From the NCBI RefSeq assembly GCF_023055435.1, contig NW_025963779.1:70308001-70372000 (forward strand): 64,000 bases of DNA. The letters run 5' to 3'. Positions 21,391 to 36,300 of the stretch are shown here, in pieces. Origin of the DNA: Haliotis rufescens (Eukaryota). The translations under genes were made by a program, and so were the position numbers. The notes beneath the pieces are model-generated. The model was not told the origin of the DNA. It worked only from the letters and a program-made list of their open reading frames with translations, and did no database searches. Each line of letters opens with the position of its first letter. The stretch's first letter is position 1.

Positions 21391-24300
21391 GTGAGCATTT
21401 TGTCATATTTTCATGATTTCAGAAACAGGAAGTGGGGGTGTACCAGCAAATTATGCTGCTTTCATATCAAATATGATAATCTGTTGCTTGTTTTTGTGTT
21501 TTTATTTGTGTAAAGGAAACTATGAATTGCTCCATCATTACTCTGTTGATTTCTTTTCACGACGAAATCCTGAATCCTGAAGCAGACTGAATTCATTTAA
21601 GTCTACATTTAACACATGACATGTCCTTTCAGATATGCTAAACGAAGTCAAACGTTGATCCTTAACATTGAGCAGTGCTTATTTACTTATCAGCATTTTG
21701 TCGTGGAATATTGTGTGTTATTACGGTCATGTCACAAAAGATAATATATTTGGAACACTAACATAAGTGACACTAGTGACAATTGGATCTTGATGGTCAA
21801 AAACAGTTGGAATCATTAGTCCAATTTCTTCTCTTCGTTTAAAGAATAGTCTAATATGTGTTGATGTTTTCAAGCTACAGGCAAGACTGTAGTTCACTGG
21901 GCGCACCTTATGCTTATAGAGCGTATTGGCTCCAATCGCTGGCTGTGGCTTTTGTTTTTCGTGTGCCTCTTTTATGAGTAAACACCCCTTCACTACTCCT
22001 TGGGTAGGGCACTCCTGTCAGTCAAACACCCCTTCCCAATCCTTAGGGTTAGGTGTGAGTTATGCTGTGGGTTAGCTATCTCATCTCTTTTATCAAATTA
22101 TTCCAATGTAATTTGAGGCAAATCACTGCTGTTCTGAACTAGTTGCGAATTTTGCAGAGAAATATGGTTACCGTGCATGTGCATCAAGGTAAACAATCAC
22201 TAGTTGTGGTAGTGTCTGTGATCTTGTGATATAGCTAATTGAATTAACTCATCATGCTCTTTGGCCTAGAATTCAAACCTCTGCCCGGTGCTAATCAAAA
22301 TCTGAAAAAGTGTGCATGGTGAATAGTAGTACTTTCCAGGTATTGACAATGAACAAAGTTCCATATATGCCAGAATAAATAAGAATTACAAGTAAGGGTT
22401 TCCTGAGGGCTGGCTATCGATAGAGATTATAGAGATTGATAATCGCTGACTAAATATCGATCAATTATGGATAAATATCGGAGAAGTAACTTTAAGCAAA
22501 TATGTGAGAGAGTCCCGAAAGAAACCAACATACTTCACACCAGTGGTGAGCAGTGACACATTTATACATAGATTGTGTTGTGGACATTTGCGATATGCTT
22601 TATTTCATCACAATAGTTTATGTAGGTTATTATCGATGACAATCGTATATTGATAATCGTTAATAGTTCTTCCCGTCAACAGTAATTCCGATTATCAATC
22701 TTTTTAGCTCAGCCCTAGTCACTGGGTGCCATCAAAATACATGGCATTTGTTTCACAAGTCATTCATATACAGGTATATACCATACTGACCTATGGCGAC
22801 ATACACACCATGTATTACGGCAGTTACAGACGTAATGTTACATTTGGTTAGGAGGTAGTTAATATGTCGTAAGTCATTATTTTGAGTTGGTTAAATGTTG
22901 TCCTTCCATTACTAGTGAATCTCTAGTGAGGTAATAAGTAGAGCTTGAGATTAAAATTATTTTATAAATATGGGTACAAACATGAAAAATGTTTAAAATA
23001 GTTGTTTCAAGGATGACTTTTTCTGTCAACGGAACTCTGCCAGGGTTAGACTAGGGTTTTCACTAGTCTACCATACAGTATCTGTCTTCCTAATTGTGAA
23101 AATTAGGCCCCAAGGTAATGTCAATAGTGCTTCATTAATTTTATGATTTTACTAATCTGGTACTAGTGAACTTCCTGTAATTTAGAATGCTGACTTTGAT
23201 CTCAACAATACTAAGAGCTACATTAACAATTTGTTACATTAGAGTTGGAACATTATTGTTGTCTTTGTTTGATCCCAGTACTCTCAATGAAACTCTGAAA
23301 TTAAGATGATATTTATAACTGATGTTGATTTATCGTGACCTGATAGTATTGATTCTATACTTGGTTGTCATTCTTCACATAACTGAAGACAGTTTTGTTC
23401 ATCAATATCATTTTCACTTTGACACCAGACTACAGTAACATACACTATTGTGTTGTGTGTTGTCCATTAATTCTCATGTGACTTTGAACTATTGCATTTT
23501 GCAAGTAATAATTGATAATGACATGATCTTTGGTAATTAATTACAATATCATAAAATGGTTTACAATAATGAAAGTGGGTCTGTGCATCACTGGTGTATG
23601 TATCACATGTCAATGAGATTGCAAGATATCAAACTGAATGTATTGTGATAGGGAACAAGGCAAACATCAAGAACCTGGTAAAGTGACTCATTTACCATGT
23701 TTACAATGATACAGAATATTCAACCTGTTGTTTCCATTTGCAGAGGTAAACCTACCCGTGCTAACAGGTTTTCAGTTACCATAGTTACCGTGGCTAGTAT
23801 CATCAAGACCTGTGACTACATTTTATACAACTGAAACCTCTTCACCATGTTCACTCTTATTGTTTGGTTAAAACAATCCTTTAGCATTGTTTAGTTTGTT
23901 TTCTAGGAAAACAAATTTGAAATAGATTCAGCATGTTCAGGAATACCAAGGTTGAAATAGGACTTACCCTGACGTGCGTGATGATCCATTGATGCAACAG
24001 ACACTTCAGCGCGTTCAAGGCAACAGTTTGGATGCATTGCATTTTTGAGTGAATATGAACATCATAAACCCACACTTAACAAATCAAAATGCTTTTGATT
24101 AATTTTATGGGTTAGTGCACTGAATAAACAAAAAGAGGCAATTCAAATGTGAAGTTAAGTTGTGTGTACCACTGGATACTTATGTTGAGTAATGGTAAAA
24201 GCCCCTTGAAAGAGAGACAAGTTTGTTACTACATGTGACTGATTGAGTGTCACGGTGACTGATTGAGAATCGCTCGTGCTATCAGCCACTGGTTTGTCAG

Positions 24301-27300
24301 GTCAAGTGTTGATTATTGATCATGTTGATGGTGACAGGCCACTTTGTAATTTGATTAATCTTCCAAAATATAAGCAGCATACAATCACTAATAGCTAGTG
24401 TACAATCTTGACAGTAATATCAAGTGAAGTTACACAATCCAATTTGCTTCAGCATGTACAAGGTAATCCCGATTATTGTCCAAATTTTCGTATGAGATCA
24501 GCAATGGTGTCATGTTCCTGATGCCACATTACATGGTATATGTTTATTATCTGAGATTGTCAAAGTAATATTGTACATTGTTGTATTCCTTATTCAGAAA
24601 GTAATTGCATTTTTTTCATAATTCGCAGCTTTTTCATGTCAGTTTTGTTGTGAAGATAAATCCTGAAGTCAAACTCTGTGTAAATCAATGTGCATGGTGT
24701 GTGTTTTACCACAGCTATGGGCTCAGTAGGGGATGTAAATCAGCCCTAGTTTCTGTATAGTTTTGATTTCCTCCAGCATGTCAATGCAAGAGTGAATTGC
24801 ACACATTTGGGTTAGTCATCCAGAAAGCTGCATATCTTTGTTAGTATATGGATTTCTCCTGTACTGCTACATGTTTATTCATTGTATTCATTAACACACA
24901 TTGCACAGATCATGTGCATATGTGGCTTCATCAAGTCAGCTATGAATGTAATGTTTTCTGGAAAAACATTTGAAATTTGTTATGTAATTGTTAATTTGAT
25001 ATTTGATTAACATGATGTAAATACAAGTGAATATATTTTTGTGGGGTTAGTAAAATGATTTTGCTCTCTGTTAATATGATTAAGTTAACATGGTTATGAC
25101 AAATATGTTGTATTACCATAAATAAAAAACCCAAACAATTTATGCCTTACTTTGTGCATCATGTTCATAGAACATATGTATATACGACAAAGCTTGACCA
25201 GTAACTTTGTATTGAAGTGTTTCATATTGCAAGGGTTGACTTAACCCATGAAAATATCATGATTCCTTTAGCACGTTTATGAGCTATTGGTCCCTTGGCC
25301 ATCTCATTTACAGTTTTTGATTACTTGATGTTGACCTATACATGTTCAAAGAAATCTTAAGCTCTGGAAGTTTTTCAAGGTCTTTGACTTTCGATTATGA
25401 GAAACCTGAATTTCATCTATTAGCACAGTAAACATGGGAATGTATAAGGAAGTCAAACAGTTTAATATTGTAATTTCACACATAACCATGTAACTGATTC
25501 TTTGTTTGTAGGCTTTTTGACCCTTGTACTTTTGACAATTTAATTTTGTTAAAGAGACAAAAAATGTGAGTTTCTGTTTCCTGAAATTTAATCATGAACA
25601 TGATTGAGATTGTGTTGATTCATAATCATGATACTGGTGGTAAACAACCATCACATTACCATATAAACATGATAAATACCAAGAATGGAACACTGACATG
25701 TTTTTTAATCAGTTGTGTTTTTTCAATCATTTCCTCTACCCCCATTGACTTTGATTCTCACAGTTGGAATGTGTATTGCTAGTTAAGTTTAATGGGCTCG
25801 AGTCTTTGTTAGACATTGCCTTGAATGTTATATGGGCAGCCCTGTGTCATCACACGAGGCAATTATACATTATGTTCCAATTCAACAAGGTGATAAATGA
25901 CAGGCATCAACATAAAAATGATATTCACTGTGCGCAGCTGGTGAATATTGACTGTATGACAGTGTACCAGCTCTGAAGCTGACAGTGACTTGCTCAGATG
26001 CTCAACGGAGTGACAGTTGACATAGTGGTGAGTGACTTCTCAACTTGTCATTTATTAAGAGTAAGATCCTCAGTGTGGTAGGAACGTGCTACTTCACACT
26101 GCTTTGTTGGTGTTGGAGGAACAAAGTGTTGCAGGCTTCACAGGTCCTATTGGGATTTAGGTGTTGAAGTCATTCACTGTGATTCAGTGTTGGATATTGA
26201 GGACACATCATTAGTTAGGTCTGCAGCATGTGCAAGTAAGACAGTGATTAATAAACCTGAAATTGTCTTCTTCTTTTTTTTGTCATTTTCAGTAGATTCT
26301 GACTAGTTTCGATTTGGACTAATTTGCTAGGCATACTTGAATCAAAATGACAAAAAAATAACTTTTAGCCTATTGATATGCCAGCTTATGTGCCATTAAT
26401 GTTGAGGAGAACCATTATCACCATGATTAGCTGTGCATGCTGTCGCCATGATTGTGCTGTATTATTTTGTAATATAACAATCACAACCTTTAACATCTCT
26501 AGTTGTCGAGATCTACTCAATCCAGTACAAGATATCCTTCAGGATGGACAGTATTCTGATCATGTTGGTTAGTGTCTGGTCAGTAAGATTTGACAGTTAC
26601 ACTTTAGATTCTCGATGTTGGTTCATGATGGCAACATTACCTGTACTATAGTGCAGGTACTGGTTATTGATGAGGACCTGGCTTCCAGAGGGCTAATTAA
26701 TGTAGCACAGCTCAGTCTGCGGAAATCAATAGTGTGCTATAGAGTGAACATGGTGTAAGGTTGCTGCTGATTGCCAGCTATATGCTCCAGGCACAGTTGC
26801 AATGCAATGGCTGAGAGTTACTTAGTCTGACCAATCTTCTGGTAAACATGGTAAATGGAGGCACTACATGTTATTAACGTACATGGTGCTTCAGATTGCC
26901 AGGGGCCCTAAAAAAACAAGTGAGCATCCCGTTGCTGAACAATATAGATTCCCAGATCCATTTTTTCGTCAAAATGGCCCATGAATTTGGAAGGTAATGG
27001 ATCACTTGGTCCATCAGGAGTCGATCAATCTGAAGGCCCGCAGAAGGTCTGCATATTGGAGGAAACTGCTTCATTGATCATTGATCATATTCAAGTAATC
27101 TGACCTAGTCCATGTAGTCAAGAGTGATATTCGTCATTGCTTTTTGTGGATGTCTATTGAGATAATATTTCCAAACATGTGACATGTCAGAGTCGTTTCT
27201 GCACATTCAATGTACTGTGTACTGCGCATGTCGGAAAAAGGATATGGAGATGAATTATCCTGATTCATATTCATTGCCTTAGTGGGAAAATAATGCATTC

Positions 27301-30300
27301 CTGTAAACACAGATGGCTACAGTTAAATCTTTGTTACAGTTGGGTCATTGAATTGCTGGGGTAGCCTAGTGGTTAAAGCTTCGCTCGTCACACCGAAGAA
27401 CTGGGTTCAACTCCTATGGGTACAATGTGGGAAGCAAATTTCTGTTGTTCATTGCCGTGATATTACTGGAAATATTGCTAAAAGCAGCGTAAAACCATAC
27501 TCACTCACTCACTCACTCACTCACTCACGAAAATATGTCTGGAATATTTTGAAGATATTGTCTCAGTGTTTTGTGATCTTTAACCATTGACCTTTTACAG
27601 TGTTGATTTATCATGTGCCCAGTGTGAATATTTCTTGAAGATCATGACAAAGATGAAGAAGTGGTGGATGTATCTTTACTGTTTATTCTCAACATTTGTC
27701 ATGAGTGCTTGGATGAGAAACAATTGCGGCCAAAGTGTCATTGAACTCAACTCACACATGGAATGTATGTTGTGTTCCAGGACCCCTCTGTCCAGCAGGC
27801 TGCCGGGTCGGGACGAGGCGGTGGACAGAAAGCTGGAGGGCTCGATGACTACAACCCTTTCGCCGAGGGCAACCAGACCAGACCAGCATCAGGGGTAACT
27901 GAACATGCTAAATGTGTCTGCAGATCATGTCATATCCCGAGTCCAATGACCAAGAAAAATTAGCTCTTGTTTAATAAACATGATCTTGTTTGTATTTTGT
28001 TGAGAATTGCTGTAACTAAATTATTGTACACTTGAATATAATTTGTTCTGTATTTGCACACGAAACAAAAAAAGTAAAATAGCATGTAGGGCTATAGCTA
28101 CAAAATATAGTTATGGACTTTGAGGTAATGTTCTGGAAAGGTAATCTTATGTGTATCCTTGTTTACTATTGTTTAAGTTACATTTGTTCTGTATTGAAAC
28201 ACAATTTGACCCCGTGAAGACCCACGGTAGACTAGGTCTTCAGCAACCCATGCTTGTCGTAAAAGGTGACCATGCTTACCGTAAGAGGCAACCAACGGGA
28301 TCAGGTGGTCAGACTCGCTGACTTGGTTGAGGCATGTCCATATATCCCAATTGTGTGGATGGATGCTCCAGACTGGATTATTTACAGACCGCGGTCATGT
28401 AGCTGGAATATTGCTGAGTGTGGTGTTAAACAACAAACAAACTTAAACACAATTTAGTAGCCTTTCTGGTTGAGAATTGTCTGCATTGTTGACCTCAGTC
28501 AAGGGAGAGCTTTATGTATAAATAAATTGGTGCAATACAGTTTTTGTATGAGAACCAACTTTGCCCTTCAGTCTAATGCCTCCACCACCCCTCTGGTGCC
28601 ACCTCCTCAACCCGCTCAAACTCAGCCAGCCATCATGACCCCTTCAGAGGAGCCCCCACCGCCCTACACACAATCTGCTGCCCAGAAGATAGACACAAGT
28701 GAACTTCAAAGGAGGCAAGAGGTAGGTCCACCGTTGTCATTACGACAGGTTCTGTTACACATGGTTCCTCCAATACACGTTCATCTTGACACACAGACAG
28801 TGACTCATGACTTCTGGAAATCAAATGAGCCCTATTACGTGTATTAACTTTTTGAAAACCATTGCCTCATGTTTGGATGAAAAGTAGAGCAGAAGTCTGC
28901 AATGCTGCGACACATTTCATGAAAAATAGTAAGGCCGGGGGATATAGAAATGGGTTCCGTCCGTGTGTGCGTGCGTGTGTGCGTCCAAAAATCGTTTCCG
29001 GAGCATAACTCAGAAACCGTTAAATATTTCTCTACGAAACTTTGCATGTCTATCAGACTCATACTGAACTGGTGCCTTTTGCTATTTAGGAGTTTTATAA
29101 ATTTTTATTTTTTACGTTTCCATTGCAACAAGTTGGACTTAGGTTCTATAAGGGTGCTGTTCGTTTCCGGAGCGTAACTCAAAAATCGTTAAATAATTTC
29201 TTACAAAACTTTGCATGTTTACCAGACACATACTGAACTGGTGCCTTTTGCTATTTAGGAGTTTTATAAATTTTTATTTTTTACGTTTCCATTGCAACAA
29301 GTTGGACTTAGGTTCTATAAGGGTTCTGTTCGTTTCCGGAGCGTAACTAAAAAATCATTAAATACTTTACAAAACTTTGTATGTCTACTTGGCACATACT
29401 GAACTGGTGCCTTTTGCACCAGGAGTTTTATAAATTTTTATTTTTTACGTTTCCATTGCAACAAGTTTGACTTTTTGTGGCACCTGTTCGGGAGGAGTTA
29501 CTTAGTGTTCAGTCAGATTCCAGCTGTTTGTTTAAAGAAGCATACACAAATTTTGTAATACTTAAAGGAACACTCAATTGGAATTAAAACATTTCTGTGC
29601 AATATGCCAAAAATATCCAGTTCATTTGAGAAAAATGATAGAAGAGTTGCTTTTATATTCAAAGAGATGTGGAGATTATGAAGTATAGAGTTTGAAATTA
29701 ATTGGGCTTTGCCATGTTAGGAATATTGTGGAGGTTATTGACGTTCAGTGCCTTTTCTCTTTCAGGAATTAGAAAAGAAAGCTGCTGAGCTTCAGAGGAA
29801 AGAACAAGAAATGAAAAACATGCAATTCAAAGGTCAGTATTTTAGTTGTCAGTACATGGATAGAAATTAGCCTAGCCCGTGTTTGTTGTGTTATGCTAAA
29901 GGTTTCCCCAGGGTTAGTGATTTCAAACCATTTGAGGGGTTGTGTTGTATGTTATGACTTTTTAAGGGATTAAACTTTCCAGGTTAGCTTTTATCCCTGT
30001 AGGATTGTCAGTGGGGTATTCCTTTACAATTCCCAAAGTCATTTTGAAGAAGATTGAGTTCAGTTGTAAGAGAATGCTCAAAGAAAAAGACTTTCTTTTC
30101 ATATAACAATATTTGCAATTTGGTTATAATTTTGATGTAGTTTGATTGTGTTTGCATGAACATTTTGTGTGTAACAACTTGTTTTTGTGTACCTTTTCAG
30201 ACCGTCAGAACAACTGGCCTCCTCTGCCAAGCTGGTTCCCTCTCGGCCCTTGCTTCTACCAGGACTTCAGTGTAGATATTCCATTAGACTTTCAGAGGAT

Positions 30301-33300
30301 TGTCAAGTTTGTCTATTACCTCTGGATGTGTAAGTAATGCTCTACCTTCACCTCACATGTCTGAATTTCATGAAATCTACGTGTCCTACAACCCATGCAT
30401 CACTATTTTCCCTATCACAATGATAATTTTTATACTTATCCTGCATTACTCCTTAATGCATGTTACTGCTTGTTCTTGACACTGTTGCCCCTCAGTCTCA
30501 GTCTCTACCCAGAGCACCCTGACGACCAACACCACGTCTCTCTTATGGGCGGCGGCCACCACCATGATGCAAGGCGAGGCACTCTCCTTCCAGATGGCAC
30601 CTATCCAGTCCACCGGACAGACCCCCCTTGGGCTATGGTTTTCAACAGGTGCCCCCGCCTACGTCCCAGTCGCCTATGATGGATGCTGCTCTCCTCCAGT
30701 ACTTGCAGGCCTTACAAACAGACGCCATCTGCCTCAGCCTTGGCCCCAGTGCCTATACAGATGCCTCTACAAGCGTCACCCACAGTGCCTATACCTGCGT
30801 CTCTCCAAGTGCCTATGCAGAAGGCGCCTATCATACCGACGCCCGCGCCACCCCCAGCGCCTCTCTGAGGCGAGCCTCGTCGGACGCCTATATAGACGCC
30901 CTCTCTTCTACCGGTCGTCAATCTACCTCCCATTATTCCTTGGCCTCTGCTTCGCCCAGTACAGCCTCTCATTGGAGTGACAGTCGCTCGTCTCGCCGGA
31001 CTCACTGATCTAGGAGCCTCTCTCCTGTCCGTAGATGCTGCAGCGGATACCGTTCTGACTCCTCGGAGGGTGACTTCATCCCATGCTATGATGACACTCC
31101 CACTGATGGCAAGTCCCACCTTCGGCTAGACCAGGTAGGAGACTTGAGCCAGTCACTATCTTCCCCTGGCCTTGAGATCAATACTAAGGATGCCATTATT
31201 TGGACCCTACCACTCTCCCACCGGATCCTTTGATGATCAAGGACATGATCTAGTCCCTTGACAAGGAGTTTAGCAAGCTCTCACTGACTCAGCTCCACGC
31301 TACAGATGGAGTGATTATCCAATCCACTCTCTCGAGGTTGCGGAACGCGCCCATGAGTTAGATGAGGATATCCATCACATGACCGGGTCCAACCGTCCCA
31401 CTTCGATATGAATTTCCGACAACAAACTCACTTATGTGGAAACAGAGATTCATCGCTCTCTCAGGCCACGCTCACTTATGGTGTCGACCCCCACAGCCAT
31501 TTTCCAGGACCTGTCAGAGGATAATCCACACCGGATAGACCACCTTACCTTCGTCTTATCCTACCTACAACGACAGGTTGAGCATATGCGCTCCACCTTG
31601 CGAGCTGCTGTGATCAAACTCTGACAGATTGACAGAACTCTGGCTAGGGTATCACAGTCAGCCTCCTTTTGATAAGTCGTCCCAGTCTGCCTCCTACCAA
31701 CCCTCTGCACCCACAGGGGCGGGGCTTCCCCTCAACGTCTCGGGGTAGAGGCAAAAGCAAAGGCAAGTCCTCGGGCTCGTACCAGCCCCGCCGCAGCCAC
31801 TCCAAGGGAGGGAGTGGCGACCGCAAGGACTCTCATTGATTTGCCAGACACGCACAACTGGGACCTCCCACCACCAACCATCCAAGTTGTCGACTCTCCA
31901 GGTGGGAGATCTTGGGAGACCCATACGTAACCAACATCATCCGGACGGGGTACAAGCTGATGCTTATAGACAATCCGCATCTCATGTCGTCCCCCATAGC
32001 GGTCGTCTACCCACCCTACTCAACATCTCATTGCTACTGGCCAAAGAGGCCATAGAGGTTGTACACACCCCAGCCTTAACACCGGGCTTCTACTCACCCA
32101 TCTTCCCTGTCCCCAAGGACTCGGACAGACACAGGATGATTCACAACCTCCCCGCTTTCAACAAACGCTACCTGGCGTGTCCATCTTATTTCAAGATGAC
32201 CACGCTGAGGCTGCTGCGATCCCGGATCCAGGCACACGATGTGCTTATCGGCCTGGACATGGGAGGACGCATATCTACATGTCCCAATCCATCCCGACAA
32301 CCGAAAATTCCTCTGCTTCATCTTCATGGGAGTCCATTACCAATGGGCGGTCCTCCTGTTTGGAATTTCTTCGGCCCCGTGCCTTTTCACACGGCTTACC
32401 AAGCTGATAGCCTCGTAGCTCCATCTCCGGGACATTCACTTCAAAGCCTACATTGACGACTGTCTCCTGAATCATTGGGACATGGTCACTCTACTTCGTC
32501 ACAGGGACTTAACCCCCCGGCTCCTATACCAGTTGGGTTGGAAGATCAACCTCAAGAAGTCAGAGTTGACACCCTCATTCCACCTTCAATTTATCGGGGG
32601 TCTTTTTCAGACGAACCTTGACCTCCTCTCTGTACCCAGGGACAGGTGGGAGCACATACAATCGTACTTGATCCAAGTGCTCCACCAGCCACGCACGCTG
32701 CTATTTGCTGATAACCACACAGCCGAGGATTGGCTGAGGGAAACAGTTCTGAGATGAAAGTCCACATCTGAAGATATGCTCTCCACTGATTCCGTCGGAT
32801 AAAGATGCATTAAGGAGTAATGCAGGATAAGTAAAAAAATCTAGTAAAATCCTAGATATTTTTATATTTGTATACTTGTCCTGCATTATTGTGTCTAAAG
32901 AGCTGCCTCCCCATGATGCCTTCTGATGTTCTGGACTCCAGAGTATTGTGAGGATCCATGACGTCACTTCCCCTGGTCACGTGGGAGCTGTGTGATAGGG
33001 TTGGCCTCTCAGTTAGTTGAAACAACTTCTTCAAGCAAAGATCTTCACACAACTCTTTCCTCTGTCAAGAACAAGCAGTAATATGCATTAAAGAGTAATG
33101 CAGGAAAAGTATACAAATATAAAAAATATCTAGGGTTTTACTAGTTAAAAATAAATAGTTAACATTGATTTGATGCCATGCCATGCCATGCTCATGCTAG
33201 ACACAATTATTTCAAATAAATACTGTTATTCATTTACTTTTCCAAACATTTTAATCTAAAATACACCTTGCTTGATCTGACACGTTCGTATACATTCAGA

Positions 33301-36300
33301 AAAGGTTTATAATTTCATATGAGACAACAGTCAGTGGTACCTAAGTTAAATTGCCAACACCTTAAACAATCTGCTAAAACTAGGACTTGGCGTACATGTT
33401 TGGCTCCGTCATTGTGTCGAGTAATCTGCAGGGTGGAAGGTACAGGTGCTTGTCAACATACCCGCAGTACTATGGCAATGGTGCTTTTGAGTACCAATGC
33501 AGATGGATATTGTATGATGGATGGATGCAACTTATAATGGATATTGTAATAATGGATAGTCACCCCTAAAGGACAATTACGTTGCTTAGGAAGTCATTTT
33601 GAGATCTATATCGGTCTTTGTAGGGGTCTTTGACTAGGAGACCGATGAAAAGGAGTTTCAGGCAAATAAGTATTGCATTTCGTCAACCTTTGGACTGCCT
33701 ACATATATCTTGGTGGATACGTTTGATATAATCATGACAATAGGCCCTGCAGGAGATTTTAATGAATAAATGGTTCATATTACCGTGATGCTGTGTGCAT
33801 AGAAAGGTTTCACACTTATTCTATTTGTGAACTACAGCATGTTCTTTGTAAAGTAAAATGTTAATTTATCAAATTACTATGACTAGGTCAGATAGTGACA
33901 CTTTTCACTTGATGCTAATTATGCCATTGCAGGTTCAGTGATTTCTGAAATGGCTAAGTAACAAGTTTCAATCTTATTTCAAAATGTCAAGCAGACATTT
34001 CACTGGACTACATCTCGTCTGCTTTTACTTCCAGTCCATGTATTTGTGTTGTTCCTGAATGTGCTGGCAAGTCTGGCTTACTTCATCGTGGACTCAAATG
34101 GAGGCACTACGTTTGGCCTGGCCATTTTGTGGTTCATTGTCTTTTCCCCCTGTTCTTTCATCTGTTGGTACAGACCACTCTACAAAGCTTTCAGGTAGGT
34201 GGAGCACCATCAGTGTTCAGTGATACATGAAAAGGTTTTCGCCCAACTGTGCAGAGTTGCATCGCTTGGGCTTTCCAGCAACCTAGGATAGTGGGTTAGA
34301 AACCTAGGTTTGTCAGCACCATACCATGCTCGTGGGGTTTACCAAAGTGGTCAATATTAAAGACCTCATCACTTTGGGCTTTCCTCTCAAGCTGACACCA
34401 TGGTATAACTGAAATACTGTTATAAATGGTGTTTAACCACACTCACATGATTCTTCTTAAATGCATAGTACCATATTTACACATTTCCATGAGGGCTGTT
34501 ATTAGAAACATTATTGACCATTCAACAGGTTTTTAGCGAATAGATATTGATAAATTTAAATTAAAGACGGCTTCATGTTCAGAAGAAATTGTAGATTTTG
34601 CATCTCTGTTCACTCTGGTGACATGTCAGACAGCTGAATATAGAATGGAATGGTTGACCAAGAGGGGTTAGTGTGTGAGAGATTGACTACAACTACACCC
34701 AATCACTCAGACATAAGGCTGTGCACACAGACCCATTTAGCTATTACAACAAGTGAGGTGGGAGACTCATATTGTCTTGTATACATATCATTTTGATTTA
34801 TCTGTTCTGGTACTAATACTGGTTATAATAATGTCTATTTTCTTCTGTTTCAGGAGTGACAGCTCATTCAATTTCTTTGTATTTTTTTTTGTATTTTTCT
34901 TCCAATTCTGTGTGTATGTCATTCAGTGCTTGGGCATCACGAACTTCACAGTGTAAGTAATATATCTGTAAATTGAATGTCTTTTGGGTTTTACTGGTCA
35001 TGGACTAGATAGAGCTTAGAGAAACATGCTCATATTTCTGGTTTCTGTAAGATATCTTGTAGTTTTACTGTTGAAAATTTCATTTAGTGGACATTATATA
35101 TGCGAACACAAGTAACCATGGAAACATGTTAACTAAAATTATTCTAAGGTTAGTTTCCAGACAACTTTGAGATAGATGATCAGGGGGTTAGAGGTCATTT
35201 TTATCATAATTGTGGTGACTGAGTAAAAAGTAAATAGGTCACATGTACAACCTTGCATGACGATGGCTATGACTGGTACACATTGAGCACAGGCCAGAAT
35301 TTATATCTGGTTTTGTTTTGATTAGCTAATTGTATGATTATGAAGAATTACTGTAAACCTTATTCACAAGAGATTAGGATGAGTGTTTTGGACAAAAAAA
35401 CAGATTAATTGAATGGTTAGTATCCATATTTGACTACTTTGTTTATCAGTTTGAATTTTATTCATGTTGCATGTAAAGGAATTACAAAATGTTAAGAGTG
35501 TTGGGGGGGAGGAGGGGCATGGGTTACCCAGTCTTCTAGGGCGCCGCAATTTGCTGTGCAGAGTTGCGTCCCTTGGTCACATCAGAAACATATGATTGTG
35601 GCTTTGATTTCTGGTTCGCCCTGATTATATTTCTTGGTTCGTCAGCACCACACTCGTAGTTGTGGGTTTCACCAAAGTGGTAAATCTTTGAGGCCTGCAT
35701 CACTTTGGGCTTTCCTCCCACATTAAGCTGACACGCTGTGATATAGCTGGAAATACTGTTCAAAGCAGCACTAAACCCAACTCACTCACTCACTAAAGTT
35801 GACTGTGTATTTCAGTGGCATCATCACAGGTCTCTCGACAGTCCGCAACAGTATTGCTGCGGGTCTCATCATGATATTTATTGGCATCTTTTTTGGCCTG
35901 TTGGCCATTATAAGCTTTGCCACCCTTGTAAAGGTAGAGTTGGGAAGACCTTCCATTGGTTGTGGGCAACATGTATGGTTGCTACGCAAGGAATGTTGGT
36001 CAGGGGTAATGGGCCTAGAAACGGGATGTGAGACGGAACTCTGTACATGTGCTTTTATCCACCTACTTATTCATTGGCAGATTATGTATGGTTAATCATT
36101 TGGTCTTTTTTATAAGTAAAGCTAAGATTTTTATTCCATCTTAATACTGTCTCAGTTTCCAGTTTCTAAGTGCCATTCTCAAGTCTGACATTCAGATTGA
36201 CTTGCAATTACTCAAGAATATCCAGAAAGTGCTTGTGGAGTATTACATTTTTGCTTCAATGGACAGTAAAAAAAATGTAAATAACATGTCAGTAATGTTT

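Noticed and set aside
30395-31119. Pro/Ser/Arg-rich ORFs as a host gene
   Set aside because: They lie inside the DIRS element (decayed gag-like region) and are fragmented across frames.
33319-33569. Short ORFs downstream of the DIRS element
   Set aside because: No recognisable motifs or splice context; cannot be supported as coding.
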